From Octopus vulgaris (lineage: Eukaryota), in contig OX597834.1 of NCBI GenBank assembly GCA_951406725.2, positions 26,102,001 through 26,166,000 of the forward strand: DNA of 64,000 nucleotides. The letters are read 5' to 3'. Position 1 is the first letter of the stretch. The number at the start of each line of letters is the position of its first letter. Made by a program: the position numbers and the translations under genes. The notes under the pieces were generated by a model, which was not told the origin of the DNA, searched no databases, and was given only the letters and a program-made list of their open reading frames with translations. Below are positions 1 through 33,600 of the stretch, piece by piece.

Positions 1-1345
1 AACCGCGATCCTATGACTGTGAGTCCACTGCCCTAACCACTGGGCCATTGCGCCTCCACATGTTATAACTTTCTAGAAATTCTTGGTTAGTCTGAGAAGG
101 CCAAGACACTGGGGTTTTTTTTTCTTACACCAAGGTAAGTAGCTGGCAGAATTGTTACCATGTCAGACAAAATGCTTAGTCATATTTCTTCTGGCTCTTA
201 ATGTTCTGAGTTCAAACTCCACTGAGGACCACTGTACGTTTCATCCTTCAAGGGGTTGAATAACTAGGTACCAGTTGAAAAACAAATATATGGCTGCTAC
301 CCAAGAATGTTAAGAATTACTTTGAATATTACATGGAGAGCTTATTTAACCAAAGAGCAGCTTTATCAAGATCTACCCAAAGTGACTAAGAAGATTTGAC
401 AGAAAAGAATGAGAATTGCTGATCATTGGCATCAGTCACCCTGAAGAACTTGTGTACCTCACTTGCCACAGGCCATTTGCTTCCTCAAGAACTGATAAAT
501 GCTCCCTAGAATTGCCAGGGTTCTCACAGGCTGGACCTATACTGAACAGAGACTGCCAAGTTAACAAACGAATCCAAGTTCAACTGGTTCAAATCTAATG
601 GCAAGATTTAAGACATTGTTCCCAGTGAGGAACTGAATAGCAGTTGTCTTTGAAATATTGGTGAGAAATGTGTGAGTAATGTCAAGTCAACAGGAGTTTA
701 CTTGGTTCAAGACCATAATCCTATGAGATCAATATGGATTATCCTTTTTTGTCTCATTCCAGTGACCATTTTCCATCTAACTAGATCCCAATATATAACA
801 ACAATCCCAAATACACTGCAAGTCATTTCTGCTCAAGGTTAAACAAAACAATTTCAGCAAAAGGGCCAGCAATTTGATGGGAGGAGTAGGTGTATAACAT
901 CAATCAGTTGAAGGAAGAATCAACAGTTCAGACGGTGGAATGGCAAATGTTGATGAATTAAGAAGGTGCAAGGAAGATTTTGATGGATGGTGTGCTTGCA
1001 TGAAATCATTGACATCTGGGAGGAGAGCCAAACTTACTAAAACTGAGCAGTTGAGTACTGTGATTGATGTTATACACCTACTTTTGAAAAAATTTGTGAT
1101 CTTATTTGTGGTTGTAAAATTTAAGACCATAAAATACTCTGTGTGTGTGTACCATTGTCTTGACCTATGATGTTTCTTAACATGCATAATCATCATGCAA
1201 AGGATGTTGTTTGTTTTCAATCTTCTGTGAAAACATGTCTGGTCATGTGGAGCTTATTACCTTGCCATGAAACAGGTGAGGGCTGATGACACGAAGGGCA
1301 TCCAATTGTCTAAAATCTGCCCCAACAAATTCCATCTGACCCATG

Positions 1346-1607
1346 TTAGTTAGTTAATTAGTTAGTTAGTTAATTTGGCTCAAAAGCAAATAGCAAGGCC
1401 ATGTAGGGGGACATGGAGTTAAGTACAGGGTGGTGTTCATGTAAAGAGTTCAGGCCACTTGAGGTCAAGGGAGGCTTTGAACAAAGCGGTTGTTGGCATC
1501 TTCACCATCTCGTCTGGCAGCTTGTTCCACGGATCCGCAACCCGGACGGAGAAAGCTCCTCTCCTTCGATTGAGATGAAATCGTCGCAGGTAGAGCTTTT
1601 CGGAATG
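1346..1607 (-). mobile_element. CR1-clade LINE 3' end with (TAAC)n tail
   Basis: Translation RRGAFSVRVADPWNKLPDEMV..FKASLD is typical of the CR1 ORF2 C-terminus; tetranucleotide tail. Confidence 0.8.
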
Positions 1608-2139
1608 TAAGCATAGAGAAGTGGATGTTAAAAATGCTGATGATATATTTAAAGATTTCAATTAAAATATTTATAATCTGTTTTAAGAATTGACTAATTT
1701 CATCAAATTTACGTATTGTTTATGAATTTTGGTTTTAAAACTTTTCAAATATCAATAATTAAAAAATCTTCTCAAAAGTTCTAAACTTATGGTGCCCACT
1801 TACTTGTAAAAGTAACATTTTAACACAAAAATATTAAAATGTTTTAGAGTTTGCTTATATATTCCATTGATCCTATTTCAATCTCATTTTGTTTTCCGAG
1901 ATCTTGAAATTAGCTGCTAATAAACTCCTGGAAATTAAAAATGAAATTTTGTAATAAAACCTACAGATTTTATTAATAAAACGTCTTGAAGACATGTGAA
2001 ACTATGAAACCAAAGATTTATTATCTTCCAATGAATAACATTTTCTGGCTATTTTATGTTAAAATAATAAAGTTTTAAAAAATCACAAGTATCTCATTTA
2101 AAGTGTGTTTTATTAATGAACCTATTTTCATTTCCTTTC

Positions 2140-2367
2140 TTAACCCTTTCGTTACCAACCCGGATGAAACCGGCTCTGGCTTTGAGTACAAATGTTTTGT
2201 TTTCATAAGTTTTGAATTAAAATCTTCCACCAAACCTTAGTCACAATTTATGTTCCTAACACTAGCTTAATGATAACTAAGTTATTTTACTAAATTCTTT
2301 GTTATATTTAAAGTAATTGAAAAAAACACAGAGCATCTCAAAATAAATACAGTAACGAAAGGGTTAA
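2140..2367. mobile_element. piggyBac-like MITE, family P1 (other copies 45612-45840, partial 60861-61075 and 54218-54266)
   Basis: TTAA|CCCTTTCGTTAC...GTAACGAAAGGG|TTAA. Confidence 0.85.
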
Positions 2368-3448
2368 ATATTTTATCATTTATTGGCCAGGGTGATATTT
2401 GTGTGTGTGTGTGTGTGTTTCAGTTTTTGAACATTTTCAGACCCTGAAGAATTTAGTAATTGGTAAAACTTTTCTAACTGCCTGCTGAAATGTTAAAACT
2501 GTATAGATGCAGGCATGGCTGTGTGGTAAGAAGGTTGCTTCCTAACCACATGGTTCTAGGTTCAGACCCACTGTGTGACACATTGGGCAAATGTCTTCTA
2601 TAGCCTCAGGCCAACCAAGGCCTTGTGAGTGGATTTGGTAGACAGAAGCTGAAAGAGGACCATCGTTATAGATAGATAGATAGTAAGAATTTACAAAAAA
2701 ACAAAAGATGAAGACAGTTGTGTAAATAACAAACAGATGTATTAGTTTAACGCTCTGGAAGTGAGAAAGTCTTTTTCGTTTCGAGCCTAGGCTCTTCGAC
2801 AGAAATAAACAGGGAGAGAAAATAAAAAAGGTTTAGTGGCTAGTGATCTAGCCATGCCTGTGCTTGTCCCCCACCATGGCTTGAGAACCTGTGGTGATGC
2901 ATTTATGCCCCATTACCACCACCTGCATAATTTAGCAGTTCAGCAGAAGAGCTTGATAGAATAAGTGTCAGGGTTAAAGAAAAATAAGTATTGTGGTCAA
3001 TTTATTTGACTGAAAATTCAAGGTGGGGCTCCAGCATGGCCACAGTCTAATGACTGAAGCAAATAAAAAAAAAAGCTCTCACTACCATGGACATTACAAC
3101 CTTCCTGAAACAATAAAGTAATTGGCAGACATATCACCCTGAATTATATCTCAGAATTCTGGTTATTGTAGGGGGAAATCAGGTTTTCTGTGATGAGTGT
3201 TTACACTATTTGCATCAAAGATATTCAATTCTGAAAATTAGTTGCACTGAAGTTTCTGGAAATACAAGGGGAAAAGTGTTTGAAGCAGTGATACATAACA
3301 TGGTCAAAGTGGACCACTCAGGATCCATAACAAAGGTTCAATTGTAGATGGCAAGTTTGATAAGTTCAAAGATGATTTTTTTTATTCATTTATATAATGT
3401 GGTGGAGGAAGGGTGTTGGGTTAAAAATAGGTGTAGATATGACTCTGG

Positions 3449-3830
3449 GGAGGCGCAATGGCCCAGTTGTTAGGGCAGCGGACTCACGGTCATAGGATCG
3501 CGGTTTCGATTCCCAGACCGGGCGTTGTGAGTGTTTATTGAGCGAAAACACCTAAAAGCTCAATGAGGCTCCGGCAGGGGATGGTGGTGTCCCTGCTGTA
3601 CTCTTTCACCACAACTTTCTCTCACTCTTACTTCCTGTTTCTGTTGTACCTGTATTTCAAGGGGCCGGCCTTGTCACTCTCTGTGTCACGCTGAATATCC
3701 CCGAGAACTACGTTAAGGGTGCACGTGTCTGTGGAGTGCTCAGCCACTTACACATTAATTTCACGAGCAGGCTGTTCCATTGATTCGGATCAACCGGAAC
3801 CCTCATTGTCGTAACCGACGGAGTGCTTCC
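3449..3830 (+). mobile_element. tRNA-derived SINE, family C (also 1-58 -, 42830-43213 +, 44735-45115 -)
   Basis: Near-identical dispersed copies; A-box TGGCCCAGTGG and B-box-like GGTTTCGATTCC. Confidence 0.85.
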
Positions 3831-4084
3831 TCTCTATATGACTCTGTGATTAAGAAGTTAGCTTGTGACATCTTGGCCAAGTGTCTTCTACCAACCTCTG
3901 TGAATAAATTTGATTGCTAAAAAGGCAGTCAACCACAGAAAATCTACCTCAATGAATTCCATTTGCCCATGCAAGCATGGAAAAGTGGATGCTGAAGTGA
4001 GAATGATGAACAATGAGGATTAGACAATCTAATCTCTTAGAAATATATTTACATCTCTTATTTACACAATGCATGATTTATTTT

Positions 4085-4465
4085 CTCTTTTTACTTGTTT
4101 CAGTCATTTGACTGTGGCCATGTTGGAGCACCGCTTTTAGTCGAGCAAATCGACCCCAGGACTTATTCTTTGTGAGCCTAGTACTTATTCTATTGGTTCC
4201 CTTTTGCCGAACTGCTAAGTTACGGGGACGTAGACACACCAGTATCGGTTGTCAAGCGATGTTGGGAGGACAAAAAGACACACAAACACACACATATATA
4301 TACGACAGGCTTCTTTCAGTTTCCATCTACCAAATCCACTCACAAGGCTTTGATCAGCCTGAGGCTATAGTAGAAGACACTTGCTCAAGGTGCCACGCAG
4401 TGGGACTGAACCCGGAACCATGTGGTTGGTTAGCAAGCTACTTACCACACAGCCACTCCTGCGCC
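4085..4465 (-). mobile_element. tRNA-derived SINE, family A
   Basis: GGCGCAGGAGTGGCTGTGTGGT head, GGTTCAGTCCC B-box-like motif, internal TA/TG microsatellite; about 20 copies in the window. Confidence 0.88.
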
Positions 4466-4701
4466 TCTTGATTTAAAACATTAAAAACACAGTGAAGTAG
4501 TTGGTGTTAGGAAGGGTATCCGGCTATAGAAACCATTCCGAAGCTGATATTGGGGGGACTGATGCAGCTCTGCGGCTTGTTGGATCCTGTCGACCCAGCC
4601 AACCCATGACAGCAATGAAAACAGATATTTAATGATGATGATAAAAACCATTCCAGGTGGTGTCCCAATGACTGAAACAGGTAAAAGAAATAGAAGCAAT
4701 A

Positions 4702-5072
4702 GGCGCAGGAGTGGCTGTGTGGTAAGTAGCTTGCTAACCAACCACATGGTTCCGGGTTCAGTCCCACTGCGGCCGACCAAAGCCTTGTGAGTGGATTTGG
4801 TAGACGGAAACTGAAAGAAGCCTGTCGTATATATGTATATATATATATACATGTATGTGTGTGTGTGTTTGTGTGTCTGTGTTTGTCCCCCTAGCATTGC
4901 TTGACAACCGATGCTGGTGTGTTTACGTCCCCGTCACTTAGCGGTTCGGCAAAAGAGACCGATAGAATAAGTACTGGGCTTACAAAGAATAAGTCCCGGG
5001 GTCGAGTTGCTCGATTAAAAAAGGCGGTGCTCCAGCATGGCCGCAGTCAAATGACTGAAACAAGTAAAAGAG
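4702..5072 (+). mobile_element. SINE family A, internal deletion
   Basis: Same consensus as 4085-4465, opposite strand. Confidence 0.88.
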
Positions 5073-5338
5073 AGAAAGAGAGAGAATAAAAGAATAAAAG
5101 AACGTCGTGCAAGGTACCCCCCCACACACACACACACCTGCAAACCCCCAACCCTACCACCGTATTTCCTACACCGCCACCACCATCAACACATTGGTTG
5201 GTGAAGGAAATAAATAATTTTTAAAAAAAGGTATGAGCAAGGGAGGTAAGTAGTGTTGTAGCAAATGTCAGTTTCAGTCTGTGACGTGTTGAGCAGGAGG
5301 AAACGTGTTTTGCTGTAATTAACGCAAAAAAAAAAAAA

Positions 5339-25608
<20,270 letters not shown>

Positions 25609-25626
25609 CATCAGTTATTTAACTGC

Positions 25627-25632
25627 AATAAA
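25627..25632 (+). promoter_or_regulatory. Candidate polyadenylation signal of ODR4
   Basis: AATAAA 18 nt after the stop, followed by GT/T-rich sequence near 25670. Confidence 0.55.
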
Positions 25633-25770
25633 ATTTATGTAATTTTATCAAAAAATGCTTTCAGTTCTTTCGTTGTTTGTTTGTTAATGGCTTTGTCAGA
25701 GGAAGAAAGGCAGTAGCAATGGCCCTTTTTTTTCCCCCCACAGGGCCTCAGTGACTGGTGGGAAGAAGAT

Positions 25771-26098
25771 ATAATAATAATGAAATTATTGTATACAGTG
25801 CTCAGGTGCACCACAACTTGTCAGAAAGTGCATATAAAGTACATGCAGTAATGTAGAAATGTCTGGAAAGCGAACAATGTATGAGTCAGATACATGCTTG
25901 TGTGTGTATGGAGGGGAGAAAATCAAGTGTAGTGTTGGCGAATCTCAGAAAGCATGGAAGTTTTGAAGGATGCAGTGCTCCGACAACTAACAACTGATGC
26001 CGGCAGTTTGTTCCATGCTTCAGCAACTCTCAGCGTGAAAAAATGTTTCCTGAAGTCATGGGAGCAGTGCTGTTTTCTGACTCTGGAAACCTGGTCCT
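25771..26098 (-). mobile_element. CR1-clade LINE 3' end with (TTA)n tail
   Basis: RKHFFTLRVAEAWNKLPASVV...SFKTSM; short tail remnants also at about 6030-6078. Confidence 0.8.
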
Positions 26099-26391
26099 TT
26101 TCTGAGCACTTGCAACCAAGCACGTTCTTCTAAAAGTACTAAGAGCCATGTGGTACCATTATTAAACCAAGCCAAAGGTGGTGAGCTAGCAGAATCGCTA
26201 GCACATTGGAATAAACGCTTAGTGGCATTTTGTCTGTCTTTACATTCTGGGTCCAAATGACTGAAATGGGTAAAACATACAAGATAAAAGGATCCCTTGA
26301 GAAGCTATGTTGTTGCTTGACCTGCTAGAAATAGCAGACAAACCCCCTTCAGCTTATTCCCCCATCACAATCTTAGAAAAGGATATATTGA

Positions 26392-26797
26392 GCGCAGGAG
26401 TGGCTGTGTGGTAAGTAGCTTGCTTACCAACCATATGGTTCCGGGTTCAGTCCCACTGCGTGGCACCTTGGGCAAGTGTCTTCTACTATAGCCTCGGGTC
26501 GACCAAAGCCTTGTGAGCGGATTTAGTAGACGGAAACTGGAAGAAGCCCGTCGTATATATGTATATGTGTGTGTGTGTGCGTGTATGTTTGTGTGTCTGT
26601 GTTTGTCCCCCCAGCATTGCTTGACAACCAATGCTGGTGTGTTTATGTCTCCGTCACTTAGCAGTTCGGCAAAAGAGACCGATAGAATAAGTACTGGGCT
26701 TACAAAGAATAAGTCCCGGGGTCGAGTTGCTCGATTAAAGGCGGTGCTCCAGCATGGCCGCAGTCAAATGACTGAAACAAGTAAAAAAAGAAAAAGA
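26392..26797 (+). mobile_element. SINE family A
   Basis: Full-length consensus copy. Confidence 0.88.
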
Positions 26798-27869
26798 GCA
26801 ATGTTGTTCTGGATTCCCTGCACATTAGTAAAAAACGGGATGGTCATGGCTGGAATACATTTGATCATATGTCTGCTTGATCAAGGCTGAGCCGAGGCTG
26901 AATAACAATGTGTTTATATTTACCCCAAATTACCCCTTTCATTTACTTTTGTATTTTCTTTGTCATCTGAATTAATTCTCACGTGTGGTAGCAGTCCTGG
27001 AAGTTACCTGTAATCTCTCTCTCTCTCTCTCTCTCTCGAAAAATTAATTACATATGCAAATACTGATTAGTTTGATGTTTAGATTTTATTTACATATTCA
27101 CAATAAAATAGAATGGAATAGTGTGAAAATATAATGCTGTCTTGTTAATTAGCACAAACAGTGCTAATTACTAAACATGGCAGAATTAATCTGTGGTCAA
27201 TCTACCCCTCCCCCTCTCCCTCCATCTGTCTCCACTTCCTGCCCCTCTCCCCATATCTGTCTGTCTCTTTCTTTTTCTTTCTCTCATGAAATTAATCTCA
27301 AAATTTAACCTTCAAAAATGTCTTTTGTGTGTCAAATTAATCTCAAAATTTAACCTTCAAAAATGTCTTTTGTTGTCTGAGAAGGAATTACCATTCAGTA
27401 GGAAGACAATTCAAATTTTAAAATAAATAAATCGTAGATCTCAAGGAAACTTGTGGGTGGTATGTGGCTGCAAAGTCCAGTCAATAAAATTCACAAATAT
27501 ATTCATTGTATATAAACTTATTCATTTCATGTCTGTGGATTCCATTAACCTACTAGAAGTTTGTGAACTCCAAAAGCTAGTGATCTTTTACTATTTATAC
27601 ATCAATTCACTCTTGCTGGCAGTTCCATACCAATTGTAATATTTCTGTTCATTTTACAAATGTTCGATGTTTTGAGATTTCTTGAAAAAAAAAAAAACAA
27701 TATCTAGATCAATGAGGTTTTTGGAGGACAAATGAGCCATTATTTCCCATAAATAATGAATCTTTACAATAATTCTAAATGCTTAGATCTGTTATTTGAT
27801 TTAGCAGCTGTAAAAAAATAAGAGATATTAAAGGAACTGCTGAGATTCATTAAATTACAACTTCAACCT

Positions 27870-28067
27870 TTTTACTCTTTTACTTGTTTCAGTCATTTAA
27901 CTGCGGCCATGCTGGAGCACCGCCTTTAGTCGAGCAAATCGACCCCGGGACTTATTCTTTGTAAGCCCAGTACTTATTCTATCGGTCTCTTTTGCCGAAC
28001 CGCTAAGTGACGGGGACGTAAACACACCAGCATCGGTTGTCAAGCAATGCTAGGGGGACAAACACAG

Positions 28068-28102
<35 letters not shown>

Positions 28103-28268
28103 CATATATACGACAGGCTTCTTTCAGATTCCGTCTACCAAATCCACTCACAAGGCATTGGTCGGCCCGGGGCTATAGCAGAAGACACTTGCCCAAGATG
28201 GCACGCAGTGGGACTGAACCCGGAACCATGTGGTCGGTTAGCAAGCTACTTACCACACAGCCACTCCT
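27870..28268 (-). mobile_element. SINE family A
   Basis: Full-length consensus copy. Confidence 0.88.
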
Positions 28269-29366
28269 GTTAATGAATGTTAGCACATCAGTATTGAAGT
28301 TTAGCACACTAGAGATTCGATAGAATGGTTTAGTGTAGGTTGCCAGCACCTGTACCAAAGCAAGTATTTTTGCATGTGAGGTGGAAGTGTGTGCTATTTT
28401 GTTTTTATTATTACTACTACTACATTTAAGGTGGCAAGTTGGCAGAGTCATCAGCATGTTGGACAAAATGCTTAGTGGTATTTCATCCATCTTTACGTTC
28501 CGAGTTCAAATTCTGCCAAGGTCAATTTGGCCTTTCATACTTTTGGGGTCAATTAAAATGAGTACCAGCCAAGTACTGGGGGTCAAACTTGCTTGCTTTG
28601 TGCTAAAATTTAAAATTAACATTTCTACTACATTTTTCTACTTTTAAAATTTGGCACTGCTTAGAATTTTGTGTCCTGCTCACACTACACCGCTGATTCA
28701 ATGATAATAACAATAATAAATTATTATTATTATTATTATTATTCCAGCTTTTTACATTCTGTATTAGGAAAGGCATCCAGCTTTAGAAACCATGCCAATG
28801 CAGACAGCAGAGGCTGATGCAGTTTTCTGACTTACCAGATCCTGTTAAACTGTCCAAGCTGGTGGTCAGTGTGGAAACTGGGGATAGATGAGTGGTTCGT
28901 AAGAACTGTACAAGTCATGTACAGGGATGCTGTCAGTAAGGTGAGGATCGGCAACAAGTATAGTGAAGAATTCTGGGTAGAAGTAGGGGTTCCCTAAGGA
29001 TCAGTCCTCAGCCCCCTCTTATTCAAGCTTATTTCCCCTGGGTATGTGAAATTTATCCCTTGTTTGAGAACCTCTGTTTTACAATGTGTTCTAATAATAA
29101 TACATTTTTGGGAGGAACTGAATCTCAAAGCAGATAAAGCTATAAGTGATAGTCTTTTATCTTCTACTTGTTTCAACCATTAGATGGTGGTCTTACTGGA
29201 ACACTGCCTTGAAGAATTTTTTAATACTATTACCACTAAGGCCAATTTTGGCTTTCATTCTTTTGGAGTTGGTAAAATAAGTACCAGTGACGTACTGAGG
29301 TTGATGTTATCAACTACTCCCCTCCCTAAGTTTCAAGCCTTGTGCCTCTAGCAGAAAAGATTATTA

Positions 29367-29524
29367 TTATTCAAATTCAACTGAATCTTCCAAGGAACTT
29401 TCATACATCGTTAAATGACCACTATTTTTCAATGCCACATATGCTTCTTCAGCTCTGTTCTTCAATACTTTGAGATTGTTGACTGTCAGTGACAATTCTT
29501 CAGAAGGCATCTCCAACAGCATAC
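29367..29524 (-). CDS. Triple-MLLE protein exon 4 (MLLEMPSEELSLTVNNLKVLKNRAEEAYVALK...EFE*)
   Basis: tttcag| acceptor; TAA at 29369-29367. Confidence 0.9.
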
Positions 29525-30611
29525 CTGAAATATAGAAAGACTAACAATAAGTAAACGTAACACTGTCATATTGCTGATTATTGAATCCCACTCCCTACAA
29601 AACTCAGGGCGAAACACTGCCAACCCACTTTCCACTGACATAAGTGCTGGTTGGTTGATTTCTCCAGTCACACTTTACATAATACATATTAATAGAGAGA
29701 GATACATCCTATTCTTATTCTAAAAACTACTTTCAGAGCATCCACCACCATTACTAATTTGGTCACCTAATTAGTAGAAACTATCTACTTCCTCAAGAGA
29801 GTCTCCTGGGCATTTGAGAGAGTTTAAGTCCCTCATGCTTTTAGCACTTCGTGTTCCTGTGAATCTGCCACACACAAAAGCAACCTTATCTGATAACCTA
29901 CCCACAATTCCACTGCATCTCTTATGTGTCCATAGCTTACACTTGGTGCAGCAAATGGAATCACGTCCCACTCCTTTTCTACATATTGAACAGGGCCATT
30001 TGCCAGCCAGAATGAGAGTCTTATCTCCTTTCTCACTAACAACTTTAGTCTTAACTAAGTTAACTTTAAGGCCCTTTGATTCCAGATTTTGCTTCCAAAC
30101 CCAGAACTTCTCCAATTCTGCTTCAGATTCTGCAATAAGGGCAAGATCATCAGCATACAGTAGTTCCCATGGGCATCCAGTTTTGAATTCAATGGTTATG
30201 GCCTAGAGAACTATGATGAATAAGAGAGGACTAAAAACTGATCCCTGGTGTACTTCAACTTGTACATTAAATTCATCACTGTATTCAAGGCCAACTCTCA
30301 TCTTATTGACAGCATCATGGTACATGGCTTGAACTGCTCCAACAAGCCACTCCTCCACTCCTAGCTTACTTAGAGACCATCAAATAAAATGAGGAACCCT
30401 GTTAGAAGCTTTCTCCAGGTCGATGAAAGCTAAGTACAATAGCTTACTTTTGGCAATTGTTCTCACTATGAAGATGGCATCTGTAGTACTTCTCCCAGGA
30501 ACAAAACCAAACTGCATTTCATCTAGTTTAATTATATCCCTAATTAGTTGAGATATAACTCTCTGTAATTTTCATGACCTGATCTAGCAGTTTGATACCT
30601 TTGTAGTTGTT

Positions 30612-30643
<32 letters not shown>

Positions 30644-33600
30644 CGTATGTATGTATAATGGCGGCTAGCTGGCAGAATCGTTAGCATGCCAGGCGAAAAG
30701 CTTAGCAGTATTTTGTCTGTCGCTACGCTCTGAGTTCAAATTCCGCCAAGGTCGACTTTACCTTTCATCCTTTCGGGGTCGATTAAATAAGTACCAGTTA
30801 CAGACTGGGGTCGATATAATCGACTTAATCCGTTTGTCTGTCCTTGTTTGTCCTCTCTGTGTTTAGCCCCTTGTGGGTAGCAAAGAAATAGGTATGTATG
30901 TATAATGTAACAAAACTATGTTTATATAGCAAGTTTCATGTCACTGTAATCATCAGGCAAGAATTGTTACACCTTGGTTTGATGGTATATTTATATTTGT
31001 TGGTATTGTATGTGATTAATATGACACTGTAATAGTGTGTGTGTTGACAAATAATTTTTGAATGTACAAAACTAATATTTAATAAAGACTATATATAACT
31101 ATCTGAACTGATACATACCAGTAATTTTTTCAGCTAATTTTGGAGAAAACCACATAGTGACTTGTGAGTAGATAGCATCTCCTTTGTCATCCAAACAATT
31201 TTCTTCTTTTATTTCTGTATCACAAGCAGAAGATGATATAAGACCAATTGACTGAAGGTAGGTCAGTCGAGCTTTACAGATGGCAGATTTTAAGAGATCT
31301 TCATTAATTAGAGATTGTCTTAGAAAATTCTTATCTCCTTCTAACAGCATTCCTAGAAAGACAAAAGCAATCTATGTAGGTATGTATATATGTGTGTGTG
31401 TGTGTGTGTTTATATATGTGTGTGAATATATGTATATATACATTACAGTGTGCAGGGTAGAACATATATCTCATTTATTTTGGTTAATTTTATTAACCTT
31501 TAAAAAATTTTAATTCCATCATCATCATCATTTAATGTCCATTTTCCACGCTGGCATGGATCGGATGGTTTGACCAGCGGTGGGAGGCTGCATCAATTCC
31601 AGTCTGATTTGGCCTGATTTCTATGGCTGGATGCCCTTTTTAATACAAACCACTTTACAGAATGTACTGGGTGCTTTTAATGTGCAACCAACCTGAGCAC
31701 TTACATGGTACTTCCATGAGTGCTTATTGCAGGGAGTAAAAGATTAGGAACCAATGTTTTAATTTATGTAATAAAGCACCTTGCATGTTATTCCTTTACT
31801 CTTTACTCTTTTACTTGTTTCAGTCATTTGACTGTGGCCATGCTGGAGCACCGCCTTTAGTCGAGCAAATCGACCCCAGGACTTATTCTTTGTAAGCCTA
31901 GTACTTATTCTATCGGTCTCTTGCCGAACCGCTAAGTTACGGTGACGTAAACACACCAGCATCGGTTGTCAAGCGATGTTGGGGGGACAAACACAGACGC
32001 ACAAACATATACACACACATATATATATATACATATATACGACGGGCTTCTTTCAGTTTCCGTCTACCAAATCCACTCACAAGGCTTTGGTCGGCCCGAG
32101 GCTATAGTGGAAGACACTTGCCCAAGGTGCCACGCAGTGGGACTGAACCCAGAACCATGTGGTTGGTAAACAAGCTACTTACCACACAGCCACTCCTACG
32201 TTATGAGGCAGTCTGAATAACTTTGGTGTATATTATAGTGCAGCCTATAGCTTTGATGTATAAACTAAAGCGGCCAACACATCTGATTTGTTTAACAAAG
32301 CACTTTACGGATTTGATGTTTGTTATCAAAATATTTGTACAAACCTGTTATTTTCGCACAATGTACAGGCTCAATTGTAGCTACTTTATCAAAGAGTTTC
32401 TCAGAATCTTCATCCGTCCATTCAACAGAGTTATCAATGGGTCTGAATATAGAAAAAGAATAAAATAACAAATTTGAAAAATAGCAACAATCTTACTTTT
32501 GGAAAGTGATGCCTTTGAAATATCCCCTACACCACCAACATATCAACTCTTTCTCCTGTTCTCTCTATCTCCCTCTTGCTCTCATCTCTCTCTATCTATC
32601 TATCTATTTGTCTGTCTGTCTGCCTACCTACCTACCTATCTGCCTGTCTATCTATCTATCTCTCTTTTACTTGTTTCAGTCATTTGACTGCGGCCATGCT
32701 GGAGCACCGCCTTTAATCGAGCAACTCGACCCCGGGACTTATTCTTTTGTAAGCCCAGTACTTATTCTATCGGTCTCTTTTGCCGAACCGCTAAGTAATG
32801 GGGACATAAACATACCAGCATCGGTTGTCAAGCAATGCTAGGGACACACACATGTATATATATATATATATATATATACATATATACGACATGCTTCTTT
32901 CAGTTTCCGTCTACCAAATCCACTCACAAGGCTTTGGTCGGCCCAAGGCTATAGTAGAAGACACTTGCCCAAGGTGCCACGCAGTGGGACTGAACCCAGA
33001 ACCATGTGGTTGGTAAACAAGTTACTTACCACACAGCCACTCCTTCTACTGGCAGAATTTGAACTCAGAACATGACATACCAGTATACTAATGGTTCTGC
33101 CAGCTTGCTGCCTTGCACTAAATTAATAATCCTTTCTACTATAGGGACAAGGCCTGAAATTTGGAGTGGGGAATAGTTGATTACAATGACCCCAGTGTTC
33201 AACTGGCACTTATTTTATCAACCCTGAAAGGGTGAAAGGCAAAGTCAACCCCAGCAGCATTTGAACTCAGAACATAAGGACAAACAAAACGCTGCTAAGT
33301 GTTTCTCCCAGTGTGCTAACGATTCTGCCAGCTTGCCACCTTACATTAGCTAAATAATAACAGTTATTTTATTAAATTTTTCATTGTTTTCAAAATTAAT
33401 TGAAACAAAGATAGCATATTTCAATGGAAGCCATCATCATCATGCATCCATACATACTTGAAAATATAGATTTGCTAGGATTTTCTAAGAACAAAAAAAA
33501 CAAAACATATCCTCCAAATCCAATCTATAAGCACAGGGATTCCAAACCAGAGTCCATATGGCCCTTGAGGGCTCATATAAGATTTTCTTATTAAAATTTA

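Noticed and set aside
900-1220. ORFs of 76-106 aa near the window start
   Set aside because: No domain similarity or splice context; adjacent to decayed LINE tail sequence.
3449-3525. tRNA-like sequences at SINE heads
   Set aside because: They run directly into SINE bodies and lack a complete cloverleaf; not tRNA genes.
4172-5089. Recurrent ORFs such as EDTCPRCHAVGLNPEPCGW and YRPRKDERQSRP
   Set aside because: Chance translations of SINE families A and B repeated across the window.
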